A DNA stretch of 64,000 nucleotides from Clostridia bacterium (GTDB taxonomy: Bacteria; Bacillota; Clostridia; Oscillospirales; Butyricicoccaceae). Below the pieces are notes generated by a model that searched no databases, was not told where the DNA came from, and was given only the letters and a program-made list of their open reading frames with translations. This document shows positions 29,168 through 40,094 of this stretch, in pieces. The DNA is taken from positions 6,096 to 70,095 of the forward strand of contig JAFSZV010000075.1 of assembly GCA_017455565.1 (NCBI GenBank). The letters run 5' to 3'. The translations under genes and the position numbers were made by a program. The first letter of the stretch is position 1; every line of letters begins with the position of its first letter.

Positions 29168-31651
29168 ATGAGAAACAAAAATCGGAGGGTCCTTGGTTGG
29201 CTGCTTGCCGCTGCCATGCTGCTGACGGTAGCGCCCGGGCTGATTTCGCCGGTATTTGCTGACGATCAGCCGGCAGAAGCGGCGGCGGAGATTTCGAAGT
29301 CAAAAGAGGTAACGGCCTGGGACGGCACCACGGCGGAGATCACGCTGTCGCTTCCCGGCAAGGAGGAAACGCTGGCGTGCGATATCGTCTTTGTTTTGGA
29401 CAAATCCACCCATGCCGACACAAAGACGACTGTGCTGGAGATGCTGTCGGAACTGAAAGAGGAGGCGGATGCCAACAACACAAAGGTGAAGGTGGGCGTC
29501 GTGCAGTTTAACCGGACGGCCCACGCTTCCGAATTCTACGATCTTGCGGAAGATTACGACAAGATCGAAGAGGCTTTCCTGGCGGAATTCAGCGGCGGAA
29601 GCAATCTTCATGCGGGTCTTCTTGCCGCGAAGGAGCTGCTGGAATCGGATCAGACGGTGGATAAAGACCGGAAGTACATGATCCTGATCTCCGACGGCTC
29701 GACGTATCTGTTCTGCAAAGACGGAGATTACAGCGTTCCCTATTCCCGCGGATATGCTCCTCTGGACGTTGCAGGCAGATTTAGCTACGGCGGATTCTGG
29801 GATGAGGGGTATTATTCTCCATCTTCGCTGCAGGGCAACGTCTCGCGGCCGGATAGCCCGGACAGCGCGCTTTGGAAGGAATACTTTGCGGATGTAGCGA
29901 CCAGAAATGAAGAGAGCGAAGGAGATCAGTACGATTTCCCGTGGCTCTATTATGACGAGCTCTGGCAACTCGATGCGGATGCGGCTGCGGAAACCTATAT
30001 TGAACAGCCGTGCGTTCCCAGAAGCGCATCCAACCGCGACATGGCGTTCTATTATGCCGATCAGGCATATCAGGAGCTGAAAGCCATCTGTAATACCTAT
30101 GCGATCGGCGTGGATGATACGGGCGCCGGCCAAGGAAACTGGGATGATTCGAAAGCCTTTATGCGCTATTTGAACGGCGAAGAGTACGTCACCTTCGACG
30201 AGATCCAAAGCGACATCCTGTATCTGCTGGGCGCGGGCAGCACCGTGGACGATATGATGGGTGAACAGTTCGACTTTGTCAATGAACCGGAAAAGCTGAA
30301 AATGCGGGTCCTGGACGCGCAGGGAGCGGTTATTGAGACCTATGATGCTGAGATCATCGAGGAGAACCATTACGGCTTTGGAAAGACCGAAGGAAATACT
30401 GCTTCCGAATATCTGTATGAGTTAATCTATGACGAAGAAGAAGATCAGTTCACTTGGAAAATCAATGTTGATGTGACAAATTTCCAGCGGCTGCAACTGG
30501 TGTATTTCGCGGTATTTTCAGGTGAAAAAGAAACGCGTCCGGGAACTTACGGCATAATGGATCTGGATGGCGATGGAAAGGAAGACCGGACTGGCATTTC
30601 GTATTCCGTCGAACGGGCGATCTTCACCAACAGTAGCGCGATCCTTTATCCGGTGGACAGCATGGGCGAGCACGGCGATCCCGAAGAATTTCCCATGCCT
30701 TCTGTCAGCTACACGGTGCAAGGTGATGCGGGAATCATCGACCCCACCAATCCGGTATATTACACCCTGAGCTATGAATCCAACGGCGGCACAGAGTATG
30801 CCGACGAGCGTTACGCACCGGGCACCACGGTCACCATCGACAAGGTTCCCATGCGGCCCCACTACATTTTCAAGGGCTGGTATGCCGACGAGGCGCTGAG
30901 CCAGCCTGTCACTACCGTGGTGATGGATCGCAACCGCGTGGTATACGCCGCCTGGGAAAAGACGAATGTGCCAGAATGGCTCAACGGGATGGATCATGAT
31001 GCATATATCATTGGCTATCCGGACGGAATGGTGCATCCGGAGGCAAATATTACCCGTGCTGAGGTGGCCACGATCTTCTTCCGTCTGCTGACCAACGAGA
31101 TTCGGGATAAGAATCTGACTGAGATCAACGCTTTCAGCGATGTGAAAGACGGAATGTGGTTCAATGCCGCTGTTTCTACCATGGCGAAGCTTGACATCGT
31201 TACCGGCTATCCTGATGGGACCTTCCGCCCCAACGATACCATCACCCGTGCGGAGTTTGCCGCGATTGCGGCGCGGTTTGACCGTGAAACCTCTGCGGGG
31301 GAGACTGCTTTCAGTGACATTCTGGGTCACTGGGCTCGCACCGAGATCGAAAAGGCGGCATATAACGGCTGGATTACCGGTTATCCCGACGGCACCTTCC
31401 GTCCCGATCGGAAGATCACCCGCGCAGAATCCATGGCGCTGGTCAACCGTGTTCTGGCGAGAGACCCGGAGCGGCCGGAGGATCTGCTGCCGGACATGAT
31501 CCGGTGGCCGGATAACATGAACACCGGAGCATGGTACTATCTCGACGTGCAGGAAGCCACGAACAGCCACGACTACGAGCGCGAGACCAAGCCCACCGAA
31601 ACGTGGACGGTCCTGCGCCACCCGCGTGACTGGACTGTTTACGAAAAATAA
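29168..31651 (+). CDS. Cell-surface protein: signal peptide, vWA domain, Listeria-Bacteroides (Flg_new) repeat, three SLH repeats
   Basis: DIVFVLDKSTH...ILISDGSTY (vWA); YTLSYESNGG...IFKGWYAD (Flg_new-type repeat); C-terminal SLH repeats (GYPDGTFRP x3). Confidence 0.85.
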   Translation: MRNKNRRVLGWLLAAAMLLTVAPGLISPVFADDQPAEAAAEISKSKEVTAWDGTTAEITLSLPGKEETLACDIVFVLDKSTHADTKTTVLEMLSELKEEADANNTKVKVGVVQFNRTAHASEFYDLAEDYDKIEEAFLAEFSGGSNLHAGLLAAKELLESDQTVDKDRKYMILISDGSTYLFCKDGDYSVPYSRGYAPLDVAGRFSYGGFWDEGYYSPSSLQGNVSRPDSPDSALWKEYFADVATRNEESEGDQYDFPWLYYDELWQLDADAAAETYIEQPCVPRSASNRDMAFYYADQAYQELKAICNTYAIGVDDTGAGQGNWDDSKAFMRYLNGEEYVTFDEIQSDILYLLGAGSTVDDMMGEQFDFVNEPEKLKMRVLDAQGAVIETYDAEIIEENHYGFGKTEGNTASEYLYELIYDEEEDQFTWKINVDVTNFQRLQLVYFAVFSGEKETRPGTYGIMDLDGDGKEDRTGISYSVERAIFTNSSAILYPVDSMGEHGDPEEFPMPSVSYTVQGDAGIIDPTNPVYYTLSYESNGGTEYADERYAPGTTVTIDKVPMRPHYIFKGWYADEALSQPVTTVVMDRNRVVYAAWEKTNVPEWLNGMDHDAYIIGYPDGMVHPEANITRAEVATIFFRLLTNEIRDKNLTEINAFSDVKDGMWFNAAVSTMAKLDIVTGYPDGTFRPNDTITRAEFAAIAARFDRETSAGETAFSDILGHWARTEIEKAAYNGWITGYPDGTFRPDRKITRAESMALVNRVLARDPERPEDLLPDMIRWPDNMNTGAWYYLDVQEATNSHDYERETKPTETWTVLRHPRDWTVYEK

Positions 31652-31710
31652 AGAGCAGATTAAAGGCAGGCAGCGGCGAAAGCCGCTGCCCTCAGCTTGT
31701 CAAAAAAGTC

Positions 31711-31733
31711 AAAATCGCCGAAACGGCGATTTT
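31711..31733 (+). terminator. Terminator hairpin
   Basis: AAAATCGCCG-AAA-CGGCGATTTT. Confidence 0.6.
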
Positions 31734-31908
31734 GCTTACCCATCGTTTTTGGCCGGCTTCTGTGTGAAAATGGTCAAAAACACCACGACCCGCCGCGATT
31801 TTCCGCAAAAATGCGGCGAAATCCGGCCCGCAGGCCGGCGCCAAAATGTCGAAAAAGCCTAGCGCAGCGGGTTTTTCGACAGTCTAAAAGAGGCGGCCTG
31901 CCAAAACG

Positions 31909-31940
31909 AAAAGGCACTCCCCGTGGGAGTGCCTTTTCGC
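31909..31940 (-). terminator. Terminator of the pyrophosphatase gene (bidirectional form)
   Basis: GGCACTCC / GGAGTGCC stem flanked by A-runs and T-runs. Confidence 0.7.
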
Positions 31941-31978
31941 GGAAAAGAAAGATCGGACCGGAGGATCCGGGAAACAGA

Positions 31979-33928
<1,950 letters not shown>

Positions 33929-34231
33929 GCGAAACAGATCCTTTCCCCTTAAGAATTGATGAAATTATAAAAAATAAAACACTTTTCGTTAAAATTGCCG
34001 AAAGCAACGGTTTTATTGTAATGCAAAAAGAAAAAAAAGCAACCCTATTTTTTGTGATTTATTTAATATATACAAATAATAAATACAAAAGTTAGCAACA
34101 ATCACGAAAAGCCTGACAAAAAAGAGGAAAAGTCTGTCAAAAGACTGTCAAAGTCAAGAAAAAGCGCCGTCCTTAGGCGGCGTCTGAGTGTATTAAAAAG
34201 ACCAGCATCGCCGGAAAAGGCGCTCCTTGCG

Positions 34232-34588
34232 CTATGAGCGGTCGCCGGCGGAGAAAAAGACCGCCGCCAGCAGGGAAAAGAGCACCGCGGCGGCCACGCC
34301 GCCCGCCGTGGCGGTGAGTCCGCCGGTAAAGGCGCCTAAAAGCCCGCTTTCGGCCACGGCGCTTTTGACACCCTGCGCCATGGCGTAGCCAAAGCCCATC
34401 AGGGGAACGGTGGCACCGCATCCTGCAAAGCGCACCACCGGCTCCCATACCCCCAACCCCGTCAACGCCACGCCCAGCACCACATAGGCGCTGAGAATGC
34501 GGGCGGGAGTCAGGCGGGTACGGTCGATGAGGATCTGGCTGAGGGCGCAGATCAGCCCGCCCGCGAGAAACGCTTTGAGATAGATCAT
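34232..34588 (-). CDS. spoVAE: Stage V sporulation protein AE (SpoVAEB-type)
   Basis: MIYLKAFLAGGLICALSQILIDRT...; ATG 34588 overlaps the spoVAD stop; track ORF start 34735 is too far upstream. Confidence 0.88.
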   Translation of the reverse strand: MIYLKAFLAGGLICALSQILIDRTRLTPARILSAYVVLGVALTGLGVWEPVVRFAGCGATVPLMGFGYAMAQGVKSAVAESGLLGAFTGGLTATAGGVAAAVLFSLLAAVFFSAGDRS

Positions 34589-35589
34589 TTTCCTCCCTCC
34601 AATCGCACCAGATGACAAATGCCCGGAATGCTCTCGCCCTGGTTGGCCGAGGTGGGGCTCATCAGCGCCCCTGTTCCGCAGAACAGCACGGTCTTGAGCC
34701 GCCCCGCCGCCAGATCTGGCAGCACGCTGCCGCACAAAACGGCGGCCGAGCAGCCGCAGCCCGAGGCCCCGGCGTGAACATCCTGTTCCGGGCCATAGAG
34801 CAACATCCCGCAGTCTTGATAGTTTTCTCCCAGCGGCGTCCCGTCGGCGGCAAAAAGCTGCCGCACTAGCCCGTGGCCCACCGAGGCCAGATCTCCCGTG
34901 AGGATCAGGTCATAGTCGGCGGGGGCGGTGCTGCTGTCGCGGAAATAGATTCGCAGGGTCTCATAGGCGCTTTGCGCCATGGCGGCTCCCATGTTGGCGC
35001 TGTCGGTGACGCCTGGGTCATAGATCCGTCCCGGCGTTGCGGCGGTGACGGCGACCTTTGCCTTTTCGCGCCGCAGAAGAACGGCGCCGCAGGCCGTGGC
35101 CGTCCATTGGGCGCAGGGCGGCCGCTGGCCGCCGTATTCCAGCGGATACCGGTATTGCCGCTCGGCGGAGCAAAAATGAGAAGATGCAAGACAGAGTGTC
35201 CGGTTCGCAAAGCCGCCGGCGATAAGGGCCGCGCCGAGAAGCAGTCCCTCGGCCATGGTGGAGCAGGCGCCGTAAAGCCCCAGATAGGGCACGCCCAGCC
35301 CCCGTATGGCAAAGGCGCTGGAAATACACTGATTGAGCAGGTCGCCGCCTAGCGCGCAGGAAACGGCCGTCGGCAAAACGTCGGCCTTGGACAGGGCGTG
35401 GGTGCAGGTCAGCTCGATCATGCGCTTTTCGGCTTTCTCCCAGGTTTTTTGCCCGAAGCGGTTGTCGGGGCCTGTCTCGTCAAAGCGTGCCCCCAGCGGG
35501 CCTTCGCCCTCTTTTTTGCCGCCCACGGCGGCGCAGCTCTCCACCCAGACGGGCTCGTCGAAAAACACCGTGTCACCCTTCCGCCTCAT
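34585..35589 (-). CDS. spoVAD: Stage V sporulation protein AD
   Basis: Thiolase-like SpoVAD sequence; ATG 35589 overlaps the spoVAC stop. Confidence 0.92.
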   Translation of the reverse strand: MRRKGDTVFFDEPVWVESCAAVGGKKEGEGPLGARFDETGPDNRFGQKTWEKAEKRMIELTCTHALSKADVLPTAVSCALGGDLLNQCISSAFAIRGLGVPYLGLYGACSTMAEGLLLGAALIAGGFANRTLCLASSHFCSAERQYRYPLEYGGQRPPCAQWTATACGAVLLRREKAKVAVTAATPGRIYDPGVTDSANMGAAMAQSAYETLRIYFRDSSTAPADYDLILTGDLASVGHGLVRQLFAADGTPLGENYQDCGMLLYGPEQDVHAGASGCGCSAAVLCGSVLPDLAAGRLKTVLFCGTGALMSPTSANQGESIPGICHLVRLEGGK

Positions 35590-36032
35590 GCCGCGCCTCC
35601 CAGAAGCCAGAAAAGGACGCCGTAGATCACGCTGGCCGAAATGCCAAAGGTGAGCACCGGCCCCGCGATGGAAAACATCTTGACGCAGGTCCCCAAAACG
35701 AAGCCCTCGGTCTTGAACTCCATGGCGGGCGCGGCGATGGCGTTGGCAAAGCCGGTGATGGGCACCAGCGTTCCCGCACCGGCCCATTTTGCCAGCTTTT
35801 CAAACAGCCGCGCCGCCGTCAGCGCCACGCCCAGAAAAATCAGCGCGCAGGACACCGCCGTTCCGGCGGCCTGATCCTCCAGTCCCGCCGCGAGAAAGAC
35901 CGTTTTGAGCGCCTGCCCCAGTGCGCATATCACACCGCCGGTCACAAAGGCGGCAGGCACGTTGCGCAGGCTGGGCGAAGAGGGCGACGCCTTTTGATAC
36001 AGGGCCTGATATTCCTTTCGGTTAAACTTCAT
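35586..36032 (-). CDS. spoVAC: Stage V sporulation protein AC
   Basis: SpoVAC-like membrane protein (AFVTGGVICALGQ...GAGTLVPITGFAN). Confidence 0.92.
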   Translation of the reverse strand: MKFNRKEYQALYQKASPSSPSLRNVPAAFVTGGVICALGQALKTVFLAAGLEDQAAGTAVSCALIFLGVALTAARLFEKLAKWAGAGTLVPITGFANAIAAPAMEFKTEGFVLGTCVKMFSIAGPVLTFGISASVIYGVLFWLLGGAA

Positions 36033-36112
36033 GTGATTTTCACCTCACAAAAAGTCTTCCGTAAAACAGGCAAAAAATACGCGCGTTTCGGCCGGAATTG
36101 CGCGGGGAACGA

Positions 36113-36141
36113 TTGCGCGCGGCCGAAAAATCGATTATAAT
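36113..36141 (+). promoter_or_regulatory. Sigma-A-type promoter of the long aro-containing operon
   Basis: TTGCGC (36113-36118), 17 nt spacer, TATAAT (36136-36141). Confidence 0.45.
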
Positions 36142-36192
36142 CACAAGTAAGAGCAGTGTTGTGATCACAGCGGACCGAAAAGGAGGAAAACC

Positions 36193-37767
36193 ATGTACGA
36201 CATCATCATTCGCGGCGCGCGGGTGCTGGATGGAACGGGGAACCCCGCCTTTCACGCCGACGTGGCTGTAAAAGACGGGAAGATCGCCCGCGTCGGGCCG
36301 CATTTTTCGGGGGCGGAGCGCATCATCGACGCTGCCGGACAGGTGCTTGCGCCCGGCTTTATCAACGTCCACAGCCATCAGGATATGGCACTGGAGCGGG
36401 ATCCGTTGTGCGCCTGCGAGCTGGAGCAGGGAATCACCACCTTTGTGGGCGGCATGTGCGGTGAGAGCCCCGCGCCCATCTCTGAAAAATACGAGGAAGC
36501 GGGCCTGCGGGCCGCGGGCGGCGGTGCCATCAGCCACGAGAGCCTGGCCGCCCGCCGGGACATGGGCGCGTATTTTCGCTTTCTCAACCGACCCTGTGGG
36601 GTCAATACCGCCTTTTTGACGGGACACGGCAACCTGCGGGCCGCCGTGTCGGGCTATGCCGACAGGAAGCTCACCGCCGCCGAACTGGAGGAAATGAAAA
36701 GCCTGCTGCGCCGCTGCATGAAGGCCGGGGCGCTGGGCGTTTCCTTCGGCCTAATCTATCCGCCGGGAAGCTATGCCGACACCGACGAGCTCATCCAGGT
36801 TGCACGGGTGGCGGCCGAGCTGGGCGGGGTGTTCACCGTGCATATGCGCAGCGAAAACAGCGGTCTCATTGAGGCTACCGACGAGATGCTCCGGGTGGCG
36901 AAGGCCTCCGGGGCCCGGTGCGTCATCTCCCATCACAAGGCCACCGGTGGCAGGCTGAACTGGAACAAGACCGCCGCCACCCTCTCCATGATGCAGCGGG
37001 CGGCCGACGAGGGTCTTGATATTTTCTGCGACCAATATCCCTATACCGCATCGTCCACCGGGCTGGACACCAACATCCCCGGCCCCTTGCACGCGCTGGG
37101 GACAGACGAGCTGGTGCGCCGCCTCACCGACCCCGCCGGGCGGGCGGCGCTGCGGCCTGCCATCTGCGGGAACAAAAGCTCCCGCGAGCGGTTTTCTTTT
37201 ACCATGATCGGCAATTGCCGTACCCATCCGGAGTACAACGGGCGGATGCTCAATGACATTGCCGACGAGCTGGGCGTGGACCCCTACGACCTGCACTGCG
37301 GCCTGCTGGCGGAAAACCGCCTGAACGTCACAGGCATCTTCCACAGCATGTGCGAGGAGGATGTGGAGCGGGTTATGCGATGGGACCGGGCCATGTTCGG
37401 TACCGACGGCGCCAGCCGGGCCGCCGGAAAGATCGGCCACCCCCGCATCTACGCCTCCTTCCCCCGCATTCTGGGACGCTATGTGCGGGAGCGCCGGGTC
37501 ATTACGCTGGAAAACGCTATCCGCAAGATGTGCTGTCTGCCCGCCATGGTCTACGGGTTCCACACCAAGGGCCTGATCCGCGAGGGGATGGACGCCGATC
37601 TGGTGATCTTTGATCCGGAAACGATCATCGATCGGGCCACTTATGCCCACCCCGAGCTGGACAACGAGGGCATCTCTTATGTGATGGTCAACGGTCGGAT
37701 CGCCGTCGAGGACGGAAAGGCCACCGGCGTTCTGGCGGGCCGCCGCCTGCTGCGCCGACATGACTGA
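36193..37767 (+). CDS. N-acyl-D-amino-acid deacylase (D-aminoacylase) family amidohydrolase
   Basis: N-terminal D-aminoacylase pattern (IIIRGARVLDGTG...DVAVKDGKIARVG...INVHSHQD) and C-terminal beta-barrel part. Confidence 0.88.
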   Translation: MYDIIIRGARVLDGTGNPAFHADVAVKDGKIARVGPHFSGAERIIDAAGQVLAPGFINVHSHQDMALERDPLCACELEQGITTFVGGMCGESPAPISEKYEEAGLRAAGGGAISHESLAARRDMGAYFRFLNRPCGVNTAFLTGHGNLRAAVSGYADRKLTAAELEEMKSLLRRCMKAGALGVSFGLIYPPGSYADTDELIQVARVAAELGGVFTVHMRSENSGLIEATDEMLRVAKASGARCVISHHKATGGRLNWNKTAATLSMMQRAADEGLDIFCDQYPYTASSTGLDTNIPGPLHALGTDELVRRLTDPAGRAALRPAICGNKSSRERFSFTMIGNCRTHPEYNGRMLNDIADELGVDPYDLHCGLLAENRLNVTGIFHSMCEEDVERVMRWDRAMFGTDGASRAAGKIGHPRIYASFPRILGRYVRERRVITLENAIRKMCCLPAMVYGFHTKGLIREGMDADLVIFDPETIIDRATYAHPELDNEGISYVMVNGRIAVEDGKATGVLAGRRLLRRHD

Positions 37768-38776
37768 CGGGGCAATGCAGGCGCCGCTTTCGGTGGAGTT
37801 CGCTCCGCTGGAGGGGATCACGAAAGCGGTCTTTCGCCGGGTACACCGCCGGATGTTTTCCGGCGTCGCCCGCTATTACGCCCCCTTTCTCTCGCCCACC
37901 GGCGACGGCTTCTTTTCCCAAAAGGAACTGCGGGAGGTTTTGCCCGAAAACAACGGGGACGTGCCGCTGGTGCCGCAGCTCCTCACCGCCCGGGCGGAGC
38001 ATTTTCGCTGGGCGGCCGGAGAACTGCGGGCCATGGGCTACCAAACGGTCAACCTCAATCTGGGCTGCCCCTCGGGGACGGTGGTCTCCAAGCACAAGGG
38101 GGCGGGAGCGCTGGGAAATTCCGACGAACTGCGGGCGTTGCTGTGGGGCGTGTTCGACAGCGCGGAGCAGGCCGGCGTCCGAGTGTCGGTCAAGACCCGT
38201 CTCGGGCTGGAAAACGGGGAAATCTGGCCCCTTCTGGTGGAAATTTATAACGATTTCCCGTTGGAAGAGCTGATTATCCACCCCCGGACGGGCAGGCAGC
38301 TTTATCGCGGCGCGCCCGACCGGGCAGCCTTTGCCTGGGCGTTGGATCGCCTTGCCGCGCCGGTCTGCTACAACGGCGATCTGTTCACGCTGCCGCAGAT
38401 CAACGCCTTTCGGGCGGCCTTTCCCACGGTGAAAACCGTCATGTTGGGGCGGGGACTGGCGGCCAATCCGGCGCTGGCCCGGCAGACGGCGGGCGGCGCG
38501 CCGCTGAAGCCCGAAGAGCTGCAATTCTTTCACGACGCGCTTTTGGCGGATTATGCCGCCCGGGTGCGGGGCGACGGCAACGTGCTGGCCCGGATGAAGG
38601 AGCTGTGGGAATATTTTTCCGCCATGCTGCCCGGTTGCGCTCGCCCGCTGAAGACGCTGCGCAAAACAAGAACGCTGGCGGAATACCGTGCGGCAGCGGC
38701 TGCGCTCTTCGCTCAATGCCCCGTTGACCCCGCAAGGGGCTTTTGTCCGGCGGCGAGCGGCGAGACCCATGCTTGA
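37760..38776 (+). CDS. tRNA-dihydrouridine synthase family protein
   Basis: Dus pattern (APLEGIT..., VNLNLGCPS, VKTRLG); ATGACTGA overlap with the upstream gene. Confidence 0.82.
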   Translation: MTDGAMQAPLSVEFAPLEGITKAVFRRVHRRMFSGVARYYAPFLSPTGDGFFSQKELREVLPENNGDVPLVPQLLTARAEHFRWAAGELRAMGYQTVNLNLGCPSGTVVSKHKGAGALGNSDELRALLWGVFDSAEQAGVRVSVKTRLGLENGEIWPLLVEIYNDFPLEELIIHPRTGRQLYRGAPDRAAFAWALDRLAAPVCYNGDLFTLPQINAFRAAFPTVKTVMLGRGLAANPALARQTAGGAPLKPEELQFFHDALLADYAARVRGDGNVLARMKELWEYFSAMLPGCARPLKTLRKTRTLAEYRAAAAALFAQCPVDPARGFCPAASGETHA

Positions 38777-38807
38777 AAAAACGCGGATCGAAGAAAGGAG
38801 GCCGGGG

Positions 38808-40094
38808 ATGGACGAACTGGAGCTGGCCCGGCAGGAGATCGACCGGGCGGACGCGGAGCTGGCGGCGGCGTTTGTCCGCCGGATGGAAGCCGCGTCCCGC
38901 ATCGCGCGATATAAAATAGAACAGGGTCTTCCCGTCTTTGATCCGGCGCGGGAGGCTCGGGTGTTGGAACAAAACGCCGGGCGGGTGGCGTCTCCCCCCC
39001 TGCGGGAGGCGTATCTGCGGCTTCTGAAATGCGCCATGTCCCTTTCCCGGGCCTATCAGCGCCGGCTGGGGGCCGAAAACGACGGCGCCCTTTGGGTGGA
39101 GAGCGAAAGAGGCGGCTATGGTGTCACCGTCGCCCGGGGCGCGCTGGCGCGGGCAGGGGAGCTGTTTGATCTGGATCGCCGGGTGCTGGTGGTCACCGAC
39201 CGGGGCGTCCCGCCGGCTTACGCCGCCGGACTGGCGGAACTGTGCAGAGAGCCCGTCATGGTGACGCTGGACGAGGGCGCCGCGGGAAAATCCCTTTGCG
39301 GCGCGGAGCGGCTGTGGAGCGTGATGCTGGAGCACGGCTTTACCCGGGCCGATTGCGTCTGCGCCGTGGGCGGCGGATCGGTGGGGGACGCGGCGGGCTT
39401 TGCCGCCGCCTGCTGGATGCGGGGCGTGGACTTTTACAATGTGCCAACCACGCTGCTGGCCCAGGCCGACGCCTCCATCGGCGGAAAAACCGGTCTGGAT
39501 CAAAACGGCGTGAAAAACCTCGTGGGCGCGTTTTGGCCGCCCAAAGCCGTGCTCATCGACCCTGACCTGCTGAAGATTCTGCCGCCCCGGCTGCTGGCCG
39601 AGGGCATGGCCGAGATCGTCAAAATGGCCGTGGTGAGCGACGGGGCGCTGCTTGCGGAGATCGAGGCGGGCGACCCGTATGAGAAGATTGAAACGCTCCT
39701 TTTGCGGGCGCTGAAGATCAAGCGGGCGCTGGTGGAGGCGGACGAACGGGACGAGGGATCCCGCCGCCTGCTCAATTTCGGGCACACCGTGGGCCACGGC
39801 GTCGAGGCGCTGGCCGGCGGCGCGCTTTATCACGGGGAATGCGTGGCGCTGGGCATGCTGCCCATGTGCACCCCGGCGCTGCGGGCGCGGCTTATCCCGC
39901 TGCTTCAGCGGCTGGGCCTGCCCACCCGCTGTGCGCTGGAGCCGGAACGGATCCTTGCCGCCGCGCTCCATGATAAAAAGCGGACGGCACAGGGGATCAT
40001 GGCCGTCTTTGCCGACGAAGAGGGCGCGGGATATTGCAGAGAGATCTCGCCGGACGAACTGAAAGCACGCATCGAAACGGGGTGGAACCGATGA
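38808..40094 (+). CDS. aroB: Fusion: AroQ-type chorismate mutase (N-terminal ~85 aa) + 3-dehydroquinate synthase
   Basis: CM: LELARQEIDRADAELAAAFVRRMEAASRIARYK; DHQS: GGGSVGDAAGFAAA, PTTLLAQADASIGGKTG, NFGHTVGH; AAGGAGG RBS before ATG 38808 (alternative ATG at 38769). Confidence 0.88.
   Translation: MDELELARQEIDRADAELAAAFVRRMEAASRIARYKIEQGLPVFDPAREARVLEQNAGRVASPPLREAYLRLLKCAMSLSRAYQRRLGAENDGALWVESERGGYGVTVARGALARAGELFDLDRRVLVVTDRGVPPAYAAGLAELCREPVMVTLDEGAAGKSLCGAERLWSVMLEHGFTRADCVCAVGGGSVGDAAGFAAACWMRGVDFYNVPTTLLAQADASIGGKTGLDQNGVKNLVGAFWPPKAVLIDPDLLKILPPRLLAEGMAEIVKMAVVSDGALLAEIEAGDPYEKIETLLLRALKIKRALVEADERDEGSRRLLNFGHTVGHGVEALAGGALYHGECVALGMLPMCTPALRARLIPLLQRLGLPTRCALEPERILAAALHDKKRTAQGIMAVFADEEGAGYCREISPDELKARIETGWNR

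Noticed and set aside
36033-36112. Sigma-G/sigma-F promoter for spoVAC-AD-AE
   Set aside because: One is expected biologically, but I could not find a convincing GnATA-N17/18-CATnnTA match on the minus strand, so no feature is called.
36133-36169. Palindromes GATTATAATC (36133-36142) and TGTGATCACA (36160-36169) in the aro-operon 5' region as a candidate operator
   Set aside because: They are short. The first simply overlaps the -10 box. I can assign no known regulator motif, and chance occurrence is plausible. cmsearch and motif conservation in relatives would be needed.
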